Origin: Pseudogymnoascus verrucosus
Taxonomy: Eukaryota
Length of the DNA: 64,000 bases
Assembly (NCBI GenBank): GCA_001662655.1
Contig: KV460220.1
Strand: one strand, 5' to 3'
The position numbers and the translations under genes are program-made. The notes beneath the pieces were generated by a model. It did not search any database, was not told the origin of the DNA, and saw only the letters and a program-made list of their open reading frames with translations. Positions 9,990-23,524 of the stretch are shown piece by piece (positions within the stretch are counted from its first letter, which is position 1; each line of letters starts with the position of its first letter).

Positions 9990-11189
9990 ATGGCTTCTAA
10001 GCCCAGCAAAATCACCACGGACGCCGAGCCAAGAAACATGCTCCATCTACCACTGGAACTATTATTCTGCATAACGAAACACCTTCCTACAGGCTCTATT
10101 GCCTGCCTCGCCTTATGCAATCGATCCTTGTATGATATATTTGCTTATGATTATTTACCGCTACTTCGCCGATTTCGACGCGCTCGACTTAGGTTCCTTA
10201 CAGCTCTTGTGAGAGAGCACCCAGGATACTACGTATGCCACAGGTGCATTAGGCTTCATACCTGCAACTCAGTACGCAAGCCAGTCACACCGCCAAATGA
10301 ACAACCTCTAGCATGCGTCAGAACCGATAAAAGGTTCCTTCTTCACAAGAACTCGGCTTATGCATTGCAGTATGTCCACGTCCAGCTAGCAATGGAGTGC
10401 CACCGTCGCGGCCCCAAGCTCGGGATTCCACTCGACATCTTCGAGCATACTGAGGTTGAAATCAACAAGGATCATGGAACCGTCACTCTCATATCGACCG
10501 AAGCGCGGATCGCTTCTAACAAGCTCCTGCTGCGAACGCAGACCTGCATTCTCGGCCCACCGAAACCACGAACAGTGTCAAATAAAGTCCATGCCCTCAG
10601 TTTCTGCAGGCGAATTGGCATTACACTATGCCACGGCTCCCCGATGGACGGTCCCATGGACAACAGATTCGTCAAATACAAGTCCTCCATTTACGATATG
10701 TCATGGGAGTGTTGGGATTGCCTCTCGGACTCTCGAATCGATTTCCTCGATTTCGGAGGACCAGGGATTGTGATAGTCGCCACGCGATGGTTCAATCTTG
10801 GTTCTGGGATGCAGCCAGGCGGTGCGAAATCATTTTTGCATCTTGCCCGGCAGAAGCTAAATCCCATGTACTGCTCGATGATAGGCTGGAGTCGCATAAA
10901 GTTCGAAGCTCTAAATGGTCCGTCCACTGATGAGATAACGGCAAAGAATGCAGATAGGTTGGTCTTATTGCCAACAGCCTTGTTAAGTCGACTTGATAAA
11001 AACCCTAAGTGTAAGAGCGACGCGAATTTTATATTACCAGGTCCACTAAAGGCTCAAGGATTTGATGGTACAAATTGGGAATGCCTAGACGGTAACTCAG
11101 ATTGGTGGTATCTTGTCCCCCAAGAGGACCAAATTTCACACACATCGATCTTCGAGTTGATCAACGGGTATGGTACGTTAGGCCCTTGA
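9990..11189 (+). CDS. F-box domain protein
   Basis: 399-aa ORF with N-terminal MLHLPLELLFCITKHLPTGSIACLALCNRSL (F-box pattern), followed by the CxxCxxxH motif (YYVCHRCIRLH) common in fungal F-box proteins. Confidence 0.8.
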   Translation: MASKPSKITTDAEPRNMLHLPLELLFCITKHLPTGSIACLALCNRSLYDIFAYDYLPLLRRFRRARLRFLTALVREHPGYYVCHRCIRLHTCNSVRKPVTPPNEQPLACVRTDKRFLLHKNSAYALQYVHVQLAMECHRRGPKLGIPLDIFEHTEVEINKDHGTVTLISTEARIASNKLLLRTQTCILGPPKPRTVSNKVHALSFCRRIGITLCHGSPMDGPMDNRFVKYKSSIYDMSWECWDCLSDSRIDFLDFGGPGIVIVATRWFNLGSGMQPGGAKSFLHLARQKLNPMYCSMIGWSRIKFEALNGPSTDEITAKNADRLVLLPTALLSRLDKNPKCKSDANFILPGPLKAQGFDGTNWECLDGNSDWWYLVPQEDQISHTSIFELINGYGTLGP

Positions 11190-11231
11190 TATATAGATCT
11201 AAACCTCTCCCCGTATATTTCTGATAACGTT

Positions 11232-13218
11232 TTATTTGGGTTTAGCAAAGCGACTCGTCGCACGGATTCGCTTTCCGTATTTGAAGAAAAGGTATGGGAA
11301 CGGCATCATCGCTACTGTCATAAAGGCGAGTACGCTGGTCGCCCACTGATATCCTAGCTTATTATACATTTGCACGCCAAAGAGAGGGAATACAGCTGAT
11401 GAGGGTTAGCGAGATGCGCAAAACTTGTTTAGTCTCTTCCAGTTTCTTTTTGTTTGTAGCAATGGTAGAGGATGGGAAAATGAGACAAGAATGGAGAAAA
11501 TATAACATACCAGCAAAAGAGCTGCGCACAAAACTGTTTGCTGCCAGTGAACTAGCGGCATATTGAGGATAAGCGTCAACAAGAAATGTAAATATTCCTG
11601 TGAAGACGAGAAGATTCCTATAGTGAGACACAAGTCAGCATCAACGTATACAATCGGGGAATATTAAACCCGAGACAACAACGACCACCCATATTTGCAA
11701 ATTCACCAGCAATAACCGAATCAACATACCCTATAGCAAAAATGGTAGATCCAATAATCGGAACGATCCAGTGCACACTGCTGTACGTCGTCCAGCCAAA
11801 TATGAAAATCCCAACAGGAACTAACACAGCACCCAAAATCGCAGGAGGCAGCCGGTGCTCCGGCTCCGCGCCCCCATCATGCTCATTATTCTTGACGAGC
11901 CTCCTATAATTCTTATACCAGAACGAATCCGTCGCTAGCGCGATCAGCATTCCCACCAAGAGACCAAGGAACGTCAGCCCGATCTGCGAGAGCGTGAAGC
12001 CGTGGTTATTGCGGAATACAAGCGGGAACGCGCCGAAGAAGAGGTACAGGATACCCAGCAGGAATCCAGAAAAGACACAGAGATTCAAAACCATGAATTC
12101 CAGCGCTAGCAGCTGGAAGGGCCGGTACAGCGAGATCCGGATCTCGTGCGGGATGGTCTTGGTACTCAGCTCCATCGGGGCCTTATAGCGGTCATCGCCT
12201 GTCTCGGCGCGAATCTTGCGCGCCTTGTTGCGCAGGAGCACGGGGTGGTACGTCTCGGGCACGAAGAGGATGATGAGCAGCCACAGCGCGAAATTCCAGA
12301 TCAGGAGCACGTAGTACGTCCACCGCCAGTGCGTGTACTGGTTGATGAAGCCGCCGACGAGAGGACCCAGAACGGGGCCAATGAAGGGTGAGGCTGTGAA
12401 GACCATCATGGGCGCTTGCATGTCGTCGCGCGAATAGAGGTCGTATACGCTGCCGCCAGCCACGGAGAGGAAGGCGGAGCCGGAGAAGCCGTCGAGGAAG
12501 CGAGAGACTAGGATGGTGGCCATGTTCTGGGCAACGGCGGAGGGGATGATCCAGATGATGAAGAAAGCGAAAGAGACCAGGTAAATGGGACGCCTGCCAT
12601 AGAACTCGGAGAGCGGCGCGAGAAGCATAGGCCCGCAGCCAAGGCCAAAGATGAAGAGAGACAGTCCGACCGTGGCTACGATCCGGCTGGTGTGGAACTC
12701 CGGCAGGATCTGCTCATAAGTGGCAGTGTATATGGAAGAAACACATGTTCTATCCAAGCATTAGCACTGGTCCTTTACCAAAGTGATCATAGGAGGGGTG
12801 CAACTTACACAGAGCCAGCTGCTACCGAATTAATCAGCACAATCGTCCATTTTTGGAAATTGCTCCGACTCCTTGGGCTCAACGGATCCGCATCTCCTCC
12901 ATCCCAACCGACGATAAAGGGGTCATCCTCCTCTGCCACCTCTACTGTCTCAATATCGTCACAGCCATATCCATTCTGCGATCTGGTGCGGGTCACTGGG
13001 CGGCTCATGCCAGCCGCGCTGACAGGTCTCCCATGTGACTCTGGGGCGAGCTCAGACTCATTCTCCAAGTCTTTCTCTTCCTCGCTTTTGCTATGTAAGC
13101 TGGAGGTCACGGTATCCAGGCCGTCACTGGGCGTACTCGGCTCCAACTCATGTCCCAAGGCGCCATTGTCGTCCTCGCCGGCTATGAAGGCGCCATTACT
13201 GACTGGTGAAGTCGTCAT
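11232..13218 (-). CDS. MFS transporter, DHA1 (drug:H+ antiporter-1) family, multi-exon
   Basis: Motifs VGWDGGDADPLSPR, APLSEFYGRRPIY, GPVLGPLVGGFI, WRWTYY, PETYHPVLL, PEHRLPPA, FLVDAYPQYAASSLAANSFVRS and FFKYGKRIRATSRFA (stop TAA 11232-11234). Introns lie near 12750-12808, 11620-11728 and 11397-11510. Confidence 0.93.
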
Positions 13219-13978
13219 ACTAACAAAAACAAAAACACTCGCTATAAATCCAAGCTCCTATCCATAGCAAGCAAAAACTAACAGCAAGACTCAATCACAT
13301 AAACATATATAAACATCTGCTTATCCAATCCACAAAATATTTCCACCCTCGCCCCTACGGGGCGGCGCTCTCCGAACAAAAATCCACTCATTGATATGCA
13401 TACCCCCAGTTTTCCCGTCGGCCTAGACTATACCCCGGCCAATGAGTGGCGGCATGACGGCACAGACGGCACAGACCCCAGACGTTTTGATCGGGGCCAA
13501 CATTTACCGAACCCGACGCCACACCGTAGCTTGCGTTAGCTTGTTTGTCTTAACCTCGATTTTCCATGTGCGTGCCTGGCCGAGAACGGCATTTTTGACT
13601 CACCTGATATCGGGAGCGTGATGGGAGGGTCCGGATCGTGGGGTTATGGATAATTGTCGGCAGTGGTTTGGGGTTGGGGTGGTCTGTCGGCGTGGCTGAA
13701 ATGGATTGATGATCGCTAAGGCGAGCTTGGAAATTGGTAAGTTTGAAGTTATGGCGGGTATAGTCAAGTCCGCTTCTATTTCTATGAAGTAACTGTAGAT
13801 AGGGGTAGATGAGCAATGCTCCATGTGATTACAGCTTCTTCACGCTTTCATTATGGATCGTAATTACAAGTAAACGCTCGTCGTTAAAACGCTAATCTGC
13901 GATTGTATGTACCGCAAGAAGGATATACGCTACCCATGCCAAAACCGACTCCTTGAAATGATTTAACTCCTCCCCCCC

Positions 13979-16900
13979 TTACGCAAACCCAAACCCTTTC
14001 GCATTCTCCAGCGCCATACTCAGCTTCCTCCTCAGCGTCTCCCGATCCTTATACTCCGGCAGCAAAAGCGTCCCATAGCACGTATAGCTCGTTGGCAGCC
14101 TCCCCCTTCCTACATGCCCCTCCGTGCCCTCTCCCTCCTCCTCTGCTACATCCCCCTCTTCCCCCTCCCCATTCCTCTGCACCACAAACACTAGATTTCG
14201 CATGCCGCCCACGGGCACACGATCGCTCGCCGTCACAAACTCAAGGAGCCGCTTCTTCTCCTCAGTCCCGAAGCGGCGCACCACAGACCAAAAGTCCTTG
14301 ATGGCGCGGTGATCAGCATCCCAGCCGACGTAGCGCGCGTACCGCCGCAGCTCAGCGATGTCGATCTCCTGCACACCCTCTACCGTGGATTGGAGGAGCG
14401 AGGGCGTGAAGAGCGCGAGAGAGCGCGGCTCGAGACAGGTCAGGAAGCCGCGCTGGAAGGCGCCGAATTGAGGAGCAACGGAGTGGGTCGCGAGATGCGA
14501 GATGTAGTCACTGACGTAGTCGTTGCGGTTTGAGGCATCGACCATGGGCGCTTCGGCGGCCTCGGAGGCGAGCTCGGAGGAGATCTTCGTGTGGGATAGG
14601 GAGGCGAACTGGGGCCAGGGTGAGGGGTTGGGCGCGGACATGTCGATGGAAACCGGGGCCCCGAAGACGTTGGCGCTAAATTCGTAGGTCCGGCAAAAGA
14701 CATCAGAAACCAGGCCATTCGTCTCGTCCCACTCCAAGAGGGAAGTGAGGCCAGCAGCTAGCTCAGGCCAACCATCTTCAATGTGGTGCAGTTCGGTGAC
14801 AGGCTGGTTAAGGAGCTTGCGGTATAGAACTTTGGGGAATGTGACTGGGAGGGTCAATCCATTGTAGATGGCGAGACCAACCAGGAGGCCAATAAGTTCG
14901 AATTTCCACAATGGTTCTGGTGAACTAGCTTGAAACCAGATCATCTTTGTCCGCTCATCGATCGTGAACGCGCCGTAATCCGGATTCAGTGCTTCTGCTA
15001 TCGCCAGGCGGAAAAACTCTTGCTGGACACCTCCAGAATCGGACCCTTCTTCACCTGCTTCCTCGCCCAGTTTGATCTTTAGAGGTCTGAGCAGCTCTCT
15101 CTCCTCGCGTCTCCATAGCTTATCGAAGGCATCCACGAGAACATGGCTACGGCGAATTTGTAGAACGAGAAACTTCGACGTTGCGACACGGAGTTTCTCA
15201 TTGAGATGGTCCCTGCGGGCTGGGTCTGTGACAAGGCTCGATTGTGCCGAGTATGCGATCGATGTAACACGGATAGTCATAGTTCCCGCAGAGTCAAACG
15301 CACCACTCATTCTTGAGAAGTTAATAGCCCTGAAATAGGTAACAAGGCTGGCTTTACTGAAGAGGAACGGGTAGTCGAGGAGGTGAACAGACTTCCTATT
15401 AGGCGCGAATGTCAACCATTCGACTGGCATCTCCGTGGAATCTAAACGGTCCGCAAAGAATTCCGCGCGAAAGTTCTGCTCTGTAAGAAGAAGCGGTTTG
15501 CGCCTGTCATATATTGCCTTGACGAGCGCTAACGCTCCTCCAAAGGCGCCATCAGCAGGAACAATTGGAGTCGCTTTCCAATCTTGCAGTATAACTGTTC
15601 GCGCCCAGTCGATAAGTATCGTTGCCGACCTGGTTTCATCTGGCAATCGCTGCGTGTCTGGTGAGGGTGGTGATCTCTCAATGTCAAATGATTCCAAGGA
15701 TTCAAGAACATCATCCAAGATGTCAGTGCCCTGTGCCAGTCCTGCGGTCTCCCAGTTATTAAGCCGTTCCAGTTCCTGGAAACGACGCCTCGCAGAAATT
15801 GCTGCAAATAGTCGCCGAGCTAGTCTGAGAGCCAACTCGTTGGAGAGAACATCGTCAAGTTTGAGGGCATAATCTGACGCATACGGGTAGTGACGGGTAT
15901 AAGATAACCCTCTTCCTCGCGATAACGATGCTGGGCGCGTGACGAATAAGTTTTGCGAGTATGGAGCAGCTGCAACCAAAGCATGTAGGCATATGATCAT
16001 AATTTTTGAAGCCTCTTCCTTCGTTGTTGGAGAACCGCTGGGCAAGTCGCCGCCGAGTTGTAGTTTCCCTACATCTTGTATATCTGAAAGCTGCCGAGGC
16101 ATATCGTACAGGTCTGCAGCTACACTCCAAAGTCCATCAAATAGAACATCAAACGCAACTCTGCTTATACGCGCTAGGCAATATATCAACATTCGGCTAT
16201 CCAAGAGAACATTTGATTCTGTTGAAAACGACCGGATTAGAGCTTTGCGGTCGCTAAGCACATAGAACAGGCTCTGTTCTGCGAAAATCCTCCAGCCCTT
16301 TGCTGTGTTTGGCTGCCGCTGAATCTTTAACTTTGGCGGACGGGACATTGCTTTGCATAGCCTCCCTTCATCCATAGAAGATATGCCGCCTGTCTTGAAG
16401 TTGAGTATACCGTCAGCCAACAGAATATTGCATAGTAACTCAATACTATCTACTGTCAAGGTGCTGAGTGACTGTGGTAAATTCTCATCTTTTGGATTCT
16501 CCGATTCACTTGGTTGAGACTCTTGCCTGGCCTTCTCAGATGCGTTGAAGACTGACGCGCCCTTAGCCAGATTGTCTCCCAGTCCCAGACCAACCATACT
16601 AGTGACACTAGATGTCTTTGACGATGCTAATTCGTTTCCTCTGGGTGCTGGCAGCGGGGTCTCTTGGGTTGCAAAAGTATTAGCAGCCTTGATGCTTGGG
16701 GACAGGCCAATCCGAGTCTTCTTTGACGATATGGAGCTGTGGCTATCGCTCGACCTGCGGCGTTGCGACACGCCATCTTCAGAAAACGAGCCTCCTCTGT
16801 GTAGTTTCACGGATTTGTCGTGTTCGCCAGAGTCGCGTCGTCTAACTTCGGGCAAGACAGCAGAATTCAGAGGTTTGAAAGCTGGCGCTGGCGGAGATGA

Positions 16901-18043
16901 CGCCAGGTCACCGCGCCGGCGATGTCTGCTGTGACCAGAAGTGGCACTTGTGGATTGCCTATCCGCACTTGTCCCGTCAGTTGTCGTAGTACCTGGTGTT
17001 CCGGATTTCGACTTATATGGTACGATTTCCGATGCCGGCAACGACCCGAGTACATCACCTTCCTGTAAAGTTGGGAGAGTTTGTTGTCCAACATTTTTCG
17101 GCTCGGCTTCTCCTTGGGATGCCTCGGGCGGCGTTTCGGCCGGATTGGGCGCCGAATCACTCGAAAGGAAATTTATCATGCCCGTCAACGACGAGGCCAA
17201 CGATCCAAAATTGGTAGGTGTCAACCATTCCAGCATTTTCATGGCATCCGTGTTGAATACGTTTTGTACGAAGGACCTGGGGTCTATCTTCACCGATTGG
17301 TTGTCCAAATGAGAGCTCAACGATATGTCTTCAACTTCGCCATCCTCACGAGTTAGCACAACTAGTTGCTTATCTCGCGTCGCATCTGCGCCCGAGATTT
17401 GCTCGTCGGAAGATGATCGAGGGAGTCGTTCTGATATTGCCCCAAGGCGCCTCCTATTGTAGTCTTCTACCAGCAAGTCGACAGCTTCTTTTGCAAGACC
17501 ATCTTTCTCAGCACTCTTTCTGGACTCACCAGAGCGAGCTTTGGTATGTTGTGATGCGGGGGGGTTCCCAGGTTGTTTGGCTTCGGGGTGTGCGTTCATG
17601 TGAGGGCAAAGCGCAGATTCGGGGTCGTCTTGGGTTGCTAAATGGCACGCCAGGGTCCTGGCACTAGTAGCATTGTATCTCCGAATAGGCTTTGCGCCAG
17701 CGACTCGCCTGCGATAGGTGAAGCAGGTAGCTGTCGTGCAGTAAGGCACCCGACAGCCATATCGTATCTGGAAGATGAATCTATTCGGATCTGTTAGCGA
17801 TGCCGAACCAAATGGGCGGCGGGTCAATGCTTACCTCTCGACCAGGAGCTGGAAATTATAGCGCCTGCTGGCACGGTATATGCTATACACCCGCTGAGGA
17901 TCCCTCACGTCGACAGTGTTCGCCAGGAGCTCCGGAGGCGCGTCGGGCGGCAGGCGTGGAAACGAAGGTGCCTGCGCTGCCCACAAGGCTGACAGTACCT
18001 GGGGGTCGACATTGAAGCCGTTGGCGGGCGTATCGCGAGTCAT
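13979..18043 (-). CDS. HECT E3 ubiquitin ligase with N-terminal AZUL-like zinc motif (UBE3A/E6AP-like)
   Basis: Exon 1 18043-17835, intron 17834-17781 (GTAAGC..CTAAC..TAG), exon 2 to 13979. FQIRYGCRVPYCTTATC is AZUL-like. HECT motifs GEEGSDSGGVQQEFF, LAIYNGLTLPVTFP, LLEFVTASDRVP and catalytic LPTSYTC, ending in GFGFA. Confidence 0.93.
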
Positions 18044-19264
18044 AACATGGATGTGAAGAGGATGGCCTGTGGAGGTCGAGCCTTCACCGGTGGCGATATG
18101 GATACGTTTGTAAGGATGTATGTATGAATGTATGTACGAAGAATGAAGCTGGGGGCTCTATGATCGACGTTGGAGGTAAGAGCGTGATGTCTAGAAGCCG
18201 CAAGGTTGTCTGTCAGCGCCACAGCACTATACGCACCACTCAGCACAGACGAGGACAGGGCTCTTGGCAATTTTGGGCAACTCCACACCCGCAAGCACCG
18301 GCAGTCGTTCCGGATCAATAATACTCTAGCTTCATCTCACTCCAAAACCCGATTTCCACAGGCACGAAGTCGATTCCAATGTATATACAATTATGAAGTG
18401 GTATGTAGAGTTGTGCAGCACTTCAACTTTCAGCTTTAATTAGTCAGCATTATAGTGCCTCACACGTGCCTCAGTAGTAAGTCAATAGTAATCAGTAGTA
18501 AGGGTTCCAAGTCCTGAAGTCTTGGGAATGACGCATGTAGCGTCAACCAACGTCTGGCTGTGAGTCTGCCAAGCTTATCATCGCACAGTATGTCCACTAG
18601 GTTCACTATTATGACTCTGTATCTGTGTTGGGCAGAATATCGACTGTGAGTTCTCATCGCGTGTGTTTATTTATTTATTCCACAATTCCCTTTCGCTCCT
18701 GGCGGAACCCTAGTCAATATCAACGCTTCAAAATAGAGATAGTAGTAATCATGGCACTTAGGAGATGCTAGACTCTTCTTTTCTGACATATTTACACCAA
18801 GTACTCGAGTAGTCGCGGCCTCAGCAATCGCAGCCCACCCGTGCCTCGCCATCGCTGCCTGTTGGCCCTGACACGCTTATCGCAACACACAATTATTCCC
18901 AATTATCGCCACCGTAAAAACCCTAGAATTAAATACCCGAATTAACTGGTTTCTATTCACCCATTAGAATGACTTCATTCCTATTTACCTAAGCCAAGAA
19001 TAATTATTCAGATCTCCAAGCCTTTGCTCGTCCTATCAAACTAGCCCAGTAGGGAACCAGGCCGGCGGAGGTCACTACTACTTAGAGTACATCTAACCCC
19101 CCCTCGCCAAACTTATTTTCTTCGTTTTCCTTCCCCTCCTTCGCCTTATCGATTGCAAATCAAAGAAAAAGGTTCAGCCTGACCCCGCAACCACATTTCT
19201 ACAACCTCTTCAAACCCACATACAACACACAAATAAACAATACACATTCTTGATATACGTCAAG

Positions 19265-20973
19265 ATGGCGACCATGGCTGCAAGCCGTCCTTCAGCTCCG
19301 GGCTTGGGTGCATCAGAGCCTCCCTCTTCTCACCCATACACCTGTAACACATGTCAAGTTGCTTTCCGCAACAGTGAGCTCCAGCGTGGACACATGAGGA
19401 GCGATTGGCAGTAAGTTCCCTTCACTTTCCCCATCTTCCCATCTCGGTTTCCTAACGAAAAATAGTCGCTACAACTTGAAGCGCCGTGTCACCTCTTTGC
19501 CACCCATCTCATCCGACGTCTTCGCCGAGAAGGTTGTCGCCGCCCAGGCATCATCGACCGCCGCTGCCTCGAAGGCCGCATACGAGAAGACATGCGCGGC
19601 ATGCGAGAAGACATACTTCAGCGAGAACGCCTTTTACAACCACGTAGGGAGCCAGAAGCACCTTAAGCAGGTGGCTTTGCTCCGGAAGTCCAAGAACGGC
19701 GCCACTGCCGATGACGCGAGCTCCGTTGTCAGCTCGCAGGTTACCGCCACTGCGGAAACCGAAACCTCGTCTGAAGAAGAGTCGGAGGAGGATGAAGATG
19801 AGGAAGAAGTTGCCGAAGTTACAAAGGACTTGAAGGAGACATCTTTGAACGGCGAGACCGAGGAGAAGTCGGAGGACGCCGGACCAAAGAAGATCGAGGT
19901 CCCGTTGATGCGCTGCCTCTTCTGCAACTACGACTCCCCAACCGTTCAGCTGAACGTAAACCACATGGAGAAAATCCACAACATGTTCATCCCAGAACGC
20001 AACTACTTGGTGGATTTGGATGGATTGATTGCCTCTTTGTTCGAGAAGATCAACATATTCCAAGAGTGCCTTACCTGCAGCAAGTACAAGTCGAACGTAT
20101 TCGGATTACAGACACACATGCGGGATAAGGGCCACTGCACAATTCCCTTTGGCACCGAGGAGGAGCAGCTTGAGATTGGCGAGTTCTATGATTTCAGAAG
20201 CACATACTCTGACGAGGAGGATGATGAAGATGAGTCCGCGGACGAGGCTACCGACCGCAAGGCGAGCGGTGGTGTCAAGCTTGGAGGCAGACGCATAGCT
20301 AAGAACGCCGATGGTGATGAGGAGATGGAGGATCCTGAGGGATGGGAGACTGATAGTTCGACGTCTTCTTTGGATTCCGACGATCTTACAGCCGTGCCCC
20401 TCGCATCACGCGAGCACCGCTACGAGAAGTTGGATCGCCACCCACACCACTCTTCGGAAGATCCTAGACCTCATAAGAACACTGATGGCTTCCACTCTCA
20501 CGCTCACAAGCACAGGCACGCAGCCTACTATTCCGACTACGAACTCCACCTTCCGTCTGGACGCGCTGTTGGACACAGATCCCTCGCTAGGTATTACAAA
20601 CAGAACCTTCACAACCACCCATCTCCTGCCGAGCGTCAAGAGCAGTACATGATCGAGGCCGCGAGGGGCTCGGATGACGAAGAGGAGGTCGATGAGAGAG
20701 TGGCGCGCCGCAACGACAGAGAGCGTGGCAGAGCACTCAACACACGTGCCAACGGCGGTAGAGGCATGATGGGTGTTTCCGAGACGAAGAAGAAGGAGGT
20801 TGCTGTCCTTGAAAAGCGTGCTAGAAAGCAAGAGTTCTACGACCGCCAAAAGTTCAACTGGGGCAACAACAAGCAGAGCAACTCCCAAAAGCATTTCAGA
20901 GTAAGCTACCTTATCCGATACTTTTATTTTCGCAGTGTGCTAACATTATGTCCAGGATCCTCTCTTGCAATGA
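19265..20973 (+). CDS. REI1: Pre-60S ribosome maturation factor Rei1/Reh1 (ZNF622-like C2H2 zinc-finger protein)
   Basis: Exons 19265-19410, 19466-20900 and 20956-20973. YTCNTCQVAF...QRGHMRSDWH|RYNLKRRV, CLFC...HMEKIH, HMRDKGHC, ELHLPSGRAVGHRSLARYYKQ and terminal KHFR|DPLLQ. Confidence 0.93.
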
Positions 20974-21683
20974 TTTGCCGTTTTCTTTCAGCTATGGCAA
21001 GGAGAGCATGCCAAGGTGGGGGTGGGGATGGGTTTGGCATATCTGCCAACTCTCGTGAGTTTCTAAATGGGTTCATTCGACCGTCTTTACTACGAGTAGA
21101 CTAGACAGCATAACTAGAATTTATATCCTTGCTCAAGCCTCCAGCTATTTGTCTTGTCTCGGGTGGTGATTACTGTGCCTGGCCTGTGTGATGACAAAAC
21201 CTGCACGACAAAAAGCCATGAAAAAAAAAATCCATGTGTAGCTGAACGTCTCGATCCAGTAGAGTTAGTAAAAGTATGTGTTGAGTGGAGTATTTGCTCC
21301 CCTGGAAATGTGAACTGTAACCTGCATGCTCATTAGCACTATTTCCCCCAAAGCGATGTCGAGGGCGTCTGTGGCGTCAAACAATTGGGGTTTAAGTCCG
21401 ACTACTTAATCCGCTGGACCCGCCCGCTCACCCAATCAGCGCTAAGTCGCAATTATCCCTGAATGCACGTCCCCTATCATTCGCATCTTCCCGAAAGATC
21501 TTCCCAACCTAAACTTTCTCCATACCTGTGCTGCTCCTCCTATTCACCTCTTCACCGTGCCCTCTGCCGCACTTTCGCCGACGCATCTCCTTTTCCTTTT
21601 CTGCCCCTTTTTATACCTCTTTTATTTAATACAACAGCGAACCCACAGATGCTCAACGAAGGCCTCCTACATCTCAGTGCGTA

Positions 21684-23524
21684 ATGGCCGAGCAAATCTC
21701 CACTCCAGGGTCCGTCGCCGACTCCTCCATCTCCAAACCTTCAGCCAACCCCAACAACGCCCCTAAGGATAGGTCGTGCCCCTTCTGCCAGCAGCCCTTC
21801 ACCTCCTCATCCCTCGGCCGACATCTCGACCTTTACATCAAAGAGAAGAACCCTAAACCTGCAGATGGCGTACACGATGTCGATGAGATCCGGAAGATGC
21901 GCGGCGCCATCACGCGCAGACAGCCTCGCAATAGTACTTCACGGCGCGACAGTACTCCCGCGGGGACCCCTCGCGGGGGGGCGAGCGGAAGCCCACATAC
22001 AAATGGCACCCCGATGCAGAGCCCAAGCATGGTGACGAGGCAGCCGATGGTGGACCATAAGGGGAAGGTTAAGACGACCCTGAATGTTGCGACTTGGCAT
22101 AGCACAGGGGTCATTAACAATATCCCGCTTGCAAACCAGCGGAACGACTTGAATAGCGGCGAGGGCAGTGATAGGGAGGGAAAGCGCTTCCCGAACAGAC
22201 ACATGCTAGCGAAGAGCACTTTCGATCAGAAGCAGAAGATGGTAGAGGCACTGGATAACGCCCGGGCTGCGGAATTGGCACTTCGTGAGATTCTAGGGAG
22301 CATAAGGGCTGCTGTGTAAGTTGCTAAGTTTTCTCATGTCTATAACACTAAACTAACGTATATACCAGTGCAACGGTTCAACCACACGAGTCGCCGTTCG
22401 ACTTCGACCCTCTTTCTCTCGACTTCCCGACACTCTGCCTCACCTGCCTCCCTCCACCCCCAACCATCAACCAGCTCACACCGCTCTCCTCCGTCTCGAC
22501 CTCCTGGACCATCACCCCTCCCGTGGAACCCCAATACGACTCCCTAACAAACTTCTTCCGCGACGCCTTCCACCACTCTCGAGTCACCCGTGCCATGAAC
22601 AACGCCAAACCCCCCCACCCCGACGACGTCCTCTACGCACACCACGCCAGCCCCGCCATGCAAGCCTCTCTCAACGCCAGCGCCCAAGAATTCGAAGACA
22701 AAGTAAACGCCCACCTCCACGCCTCCTTCTCCTTCTGGATGTCCCTCCCGCCGCCCAACCGCGCCGAGCTCTGGAAACTCGAGCTCGCCCGCGCCGTCGG
22801 GCAGAAGGACCAGCAAATCACCTCTCTCACCGAGAAGCTCGAGGCTAGTGCACAGGAGAACCAGCATCTGCGCCAGCAGGTCGAGTATCTCAGTCGCTGC
22901 CAGCAGCCTCGCGAGTTCCAGATGCGGCCTCCGAGCACGATGCACATCGGCAAACGCACGGCCGTTGAGTTGGCTGAGATGGGACTGCGTGGCGGATCTG
23001 TCGGATGGCGCCTCAGCGACCCCGATGATAACCTGCAGAAACGCATTGAGTCTGCCGTAGGCCGCTGGCGCGAGGTCGTGCGTAGCAGTCGCGGCGGGGG
23101 GATGCAGGGGCAGCGCAGTTTGAGTGGCCAGCTGCAGAATGGGCAGCCAAATGGGGCGGGCGATGATATGGATGTTGATGCTGATGGCGATGCGGACGCT
23201 GACGCTGACGCGGATGAAGAGCACTACGCTGGTGCGCAGATCCAAGAGCAGCTGTCACAGGGGCCGTCACGGGCTCCGGAGGCGCCAATGGGCGCGTACT
23301 CGCATAACCCTGGTGCGGTGAGGAATGGTGGCGGAATGCAGATGCAGGGCGGTAATGGAGGGATGCAGATGCAACAAGGGAATAATGGGGGCATGCAAAC
23401 GCAGCAAGGCTCTCATGGGGGTGCTGGACACGAGAACGCGAATGGAAGTGTGGGAAGGCGACAGGGGAACATGATTGCAGCTCAGAACGGACGTGCTGGG
23501 GGAAGAACGTACCCGCCATACTGA
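21684..23524 (+). CDS. Conserved fungal hypothetical protein (N-terminal CPFC..H zinc-finger-like motif, coiled coil, G/Q/N-rich tail), 2 exons
   Basis: Intron 22316-22368 (GTAAGT..CTAAC..CAG) joins ORFs 21684 and 22523 in frame. CPFCQQPFTSSSLGRHLDLYI and FDFDPLSLDFPTLCL, a heptad region, and GGMQMQ repeats. Confidence 0.8.
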
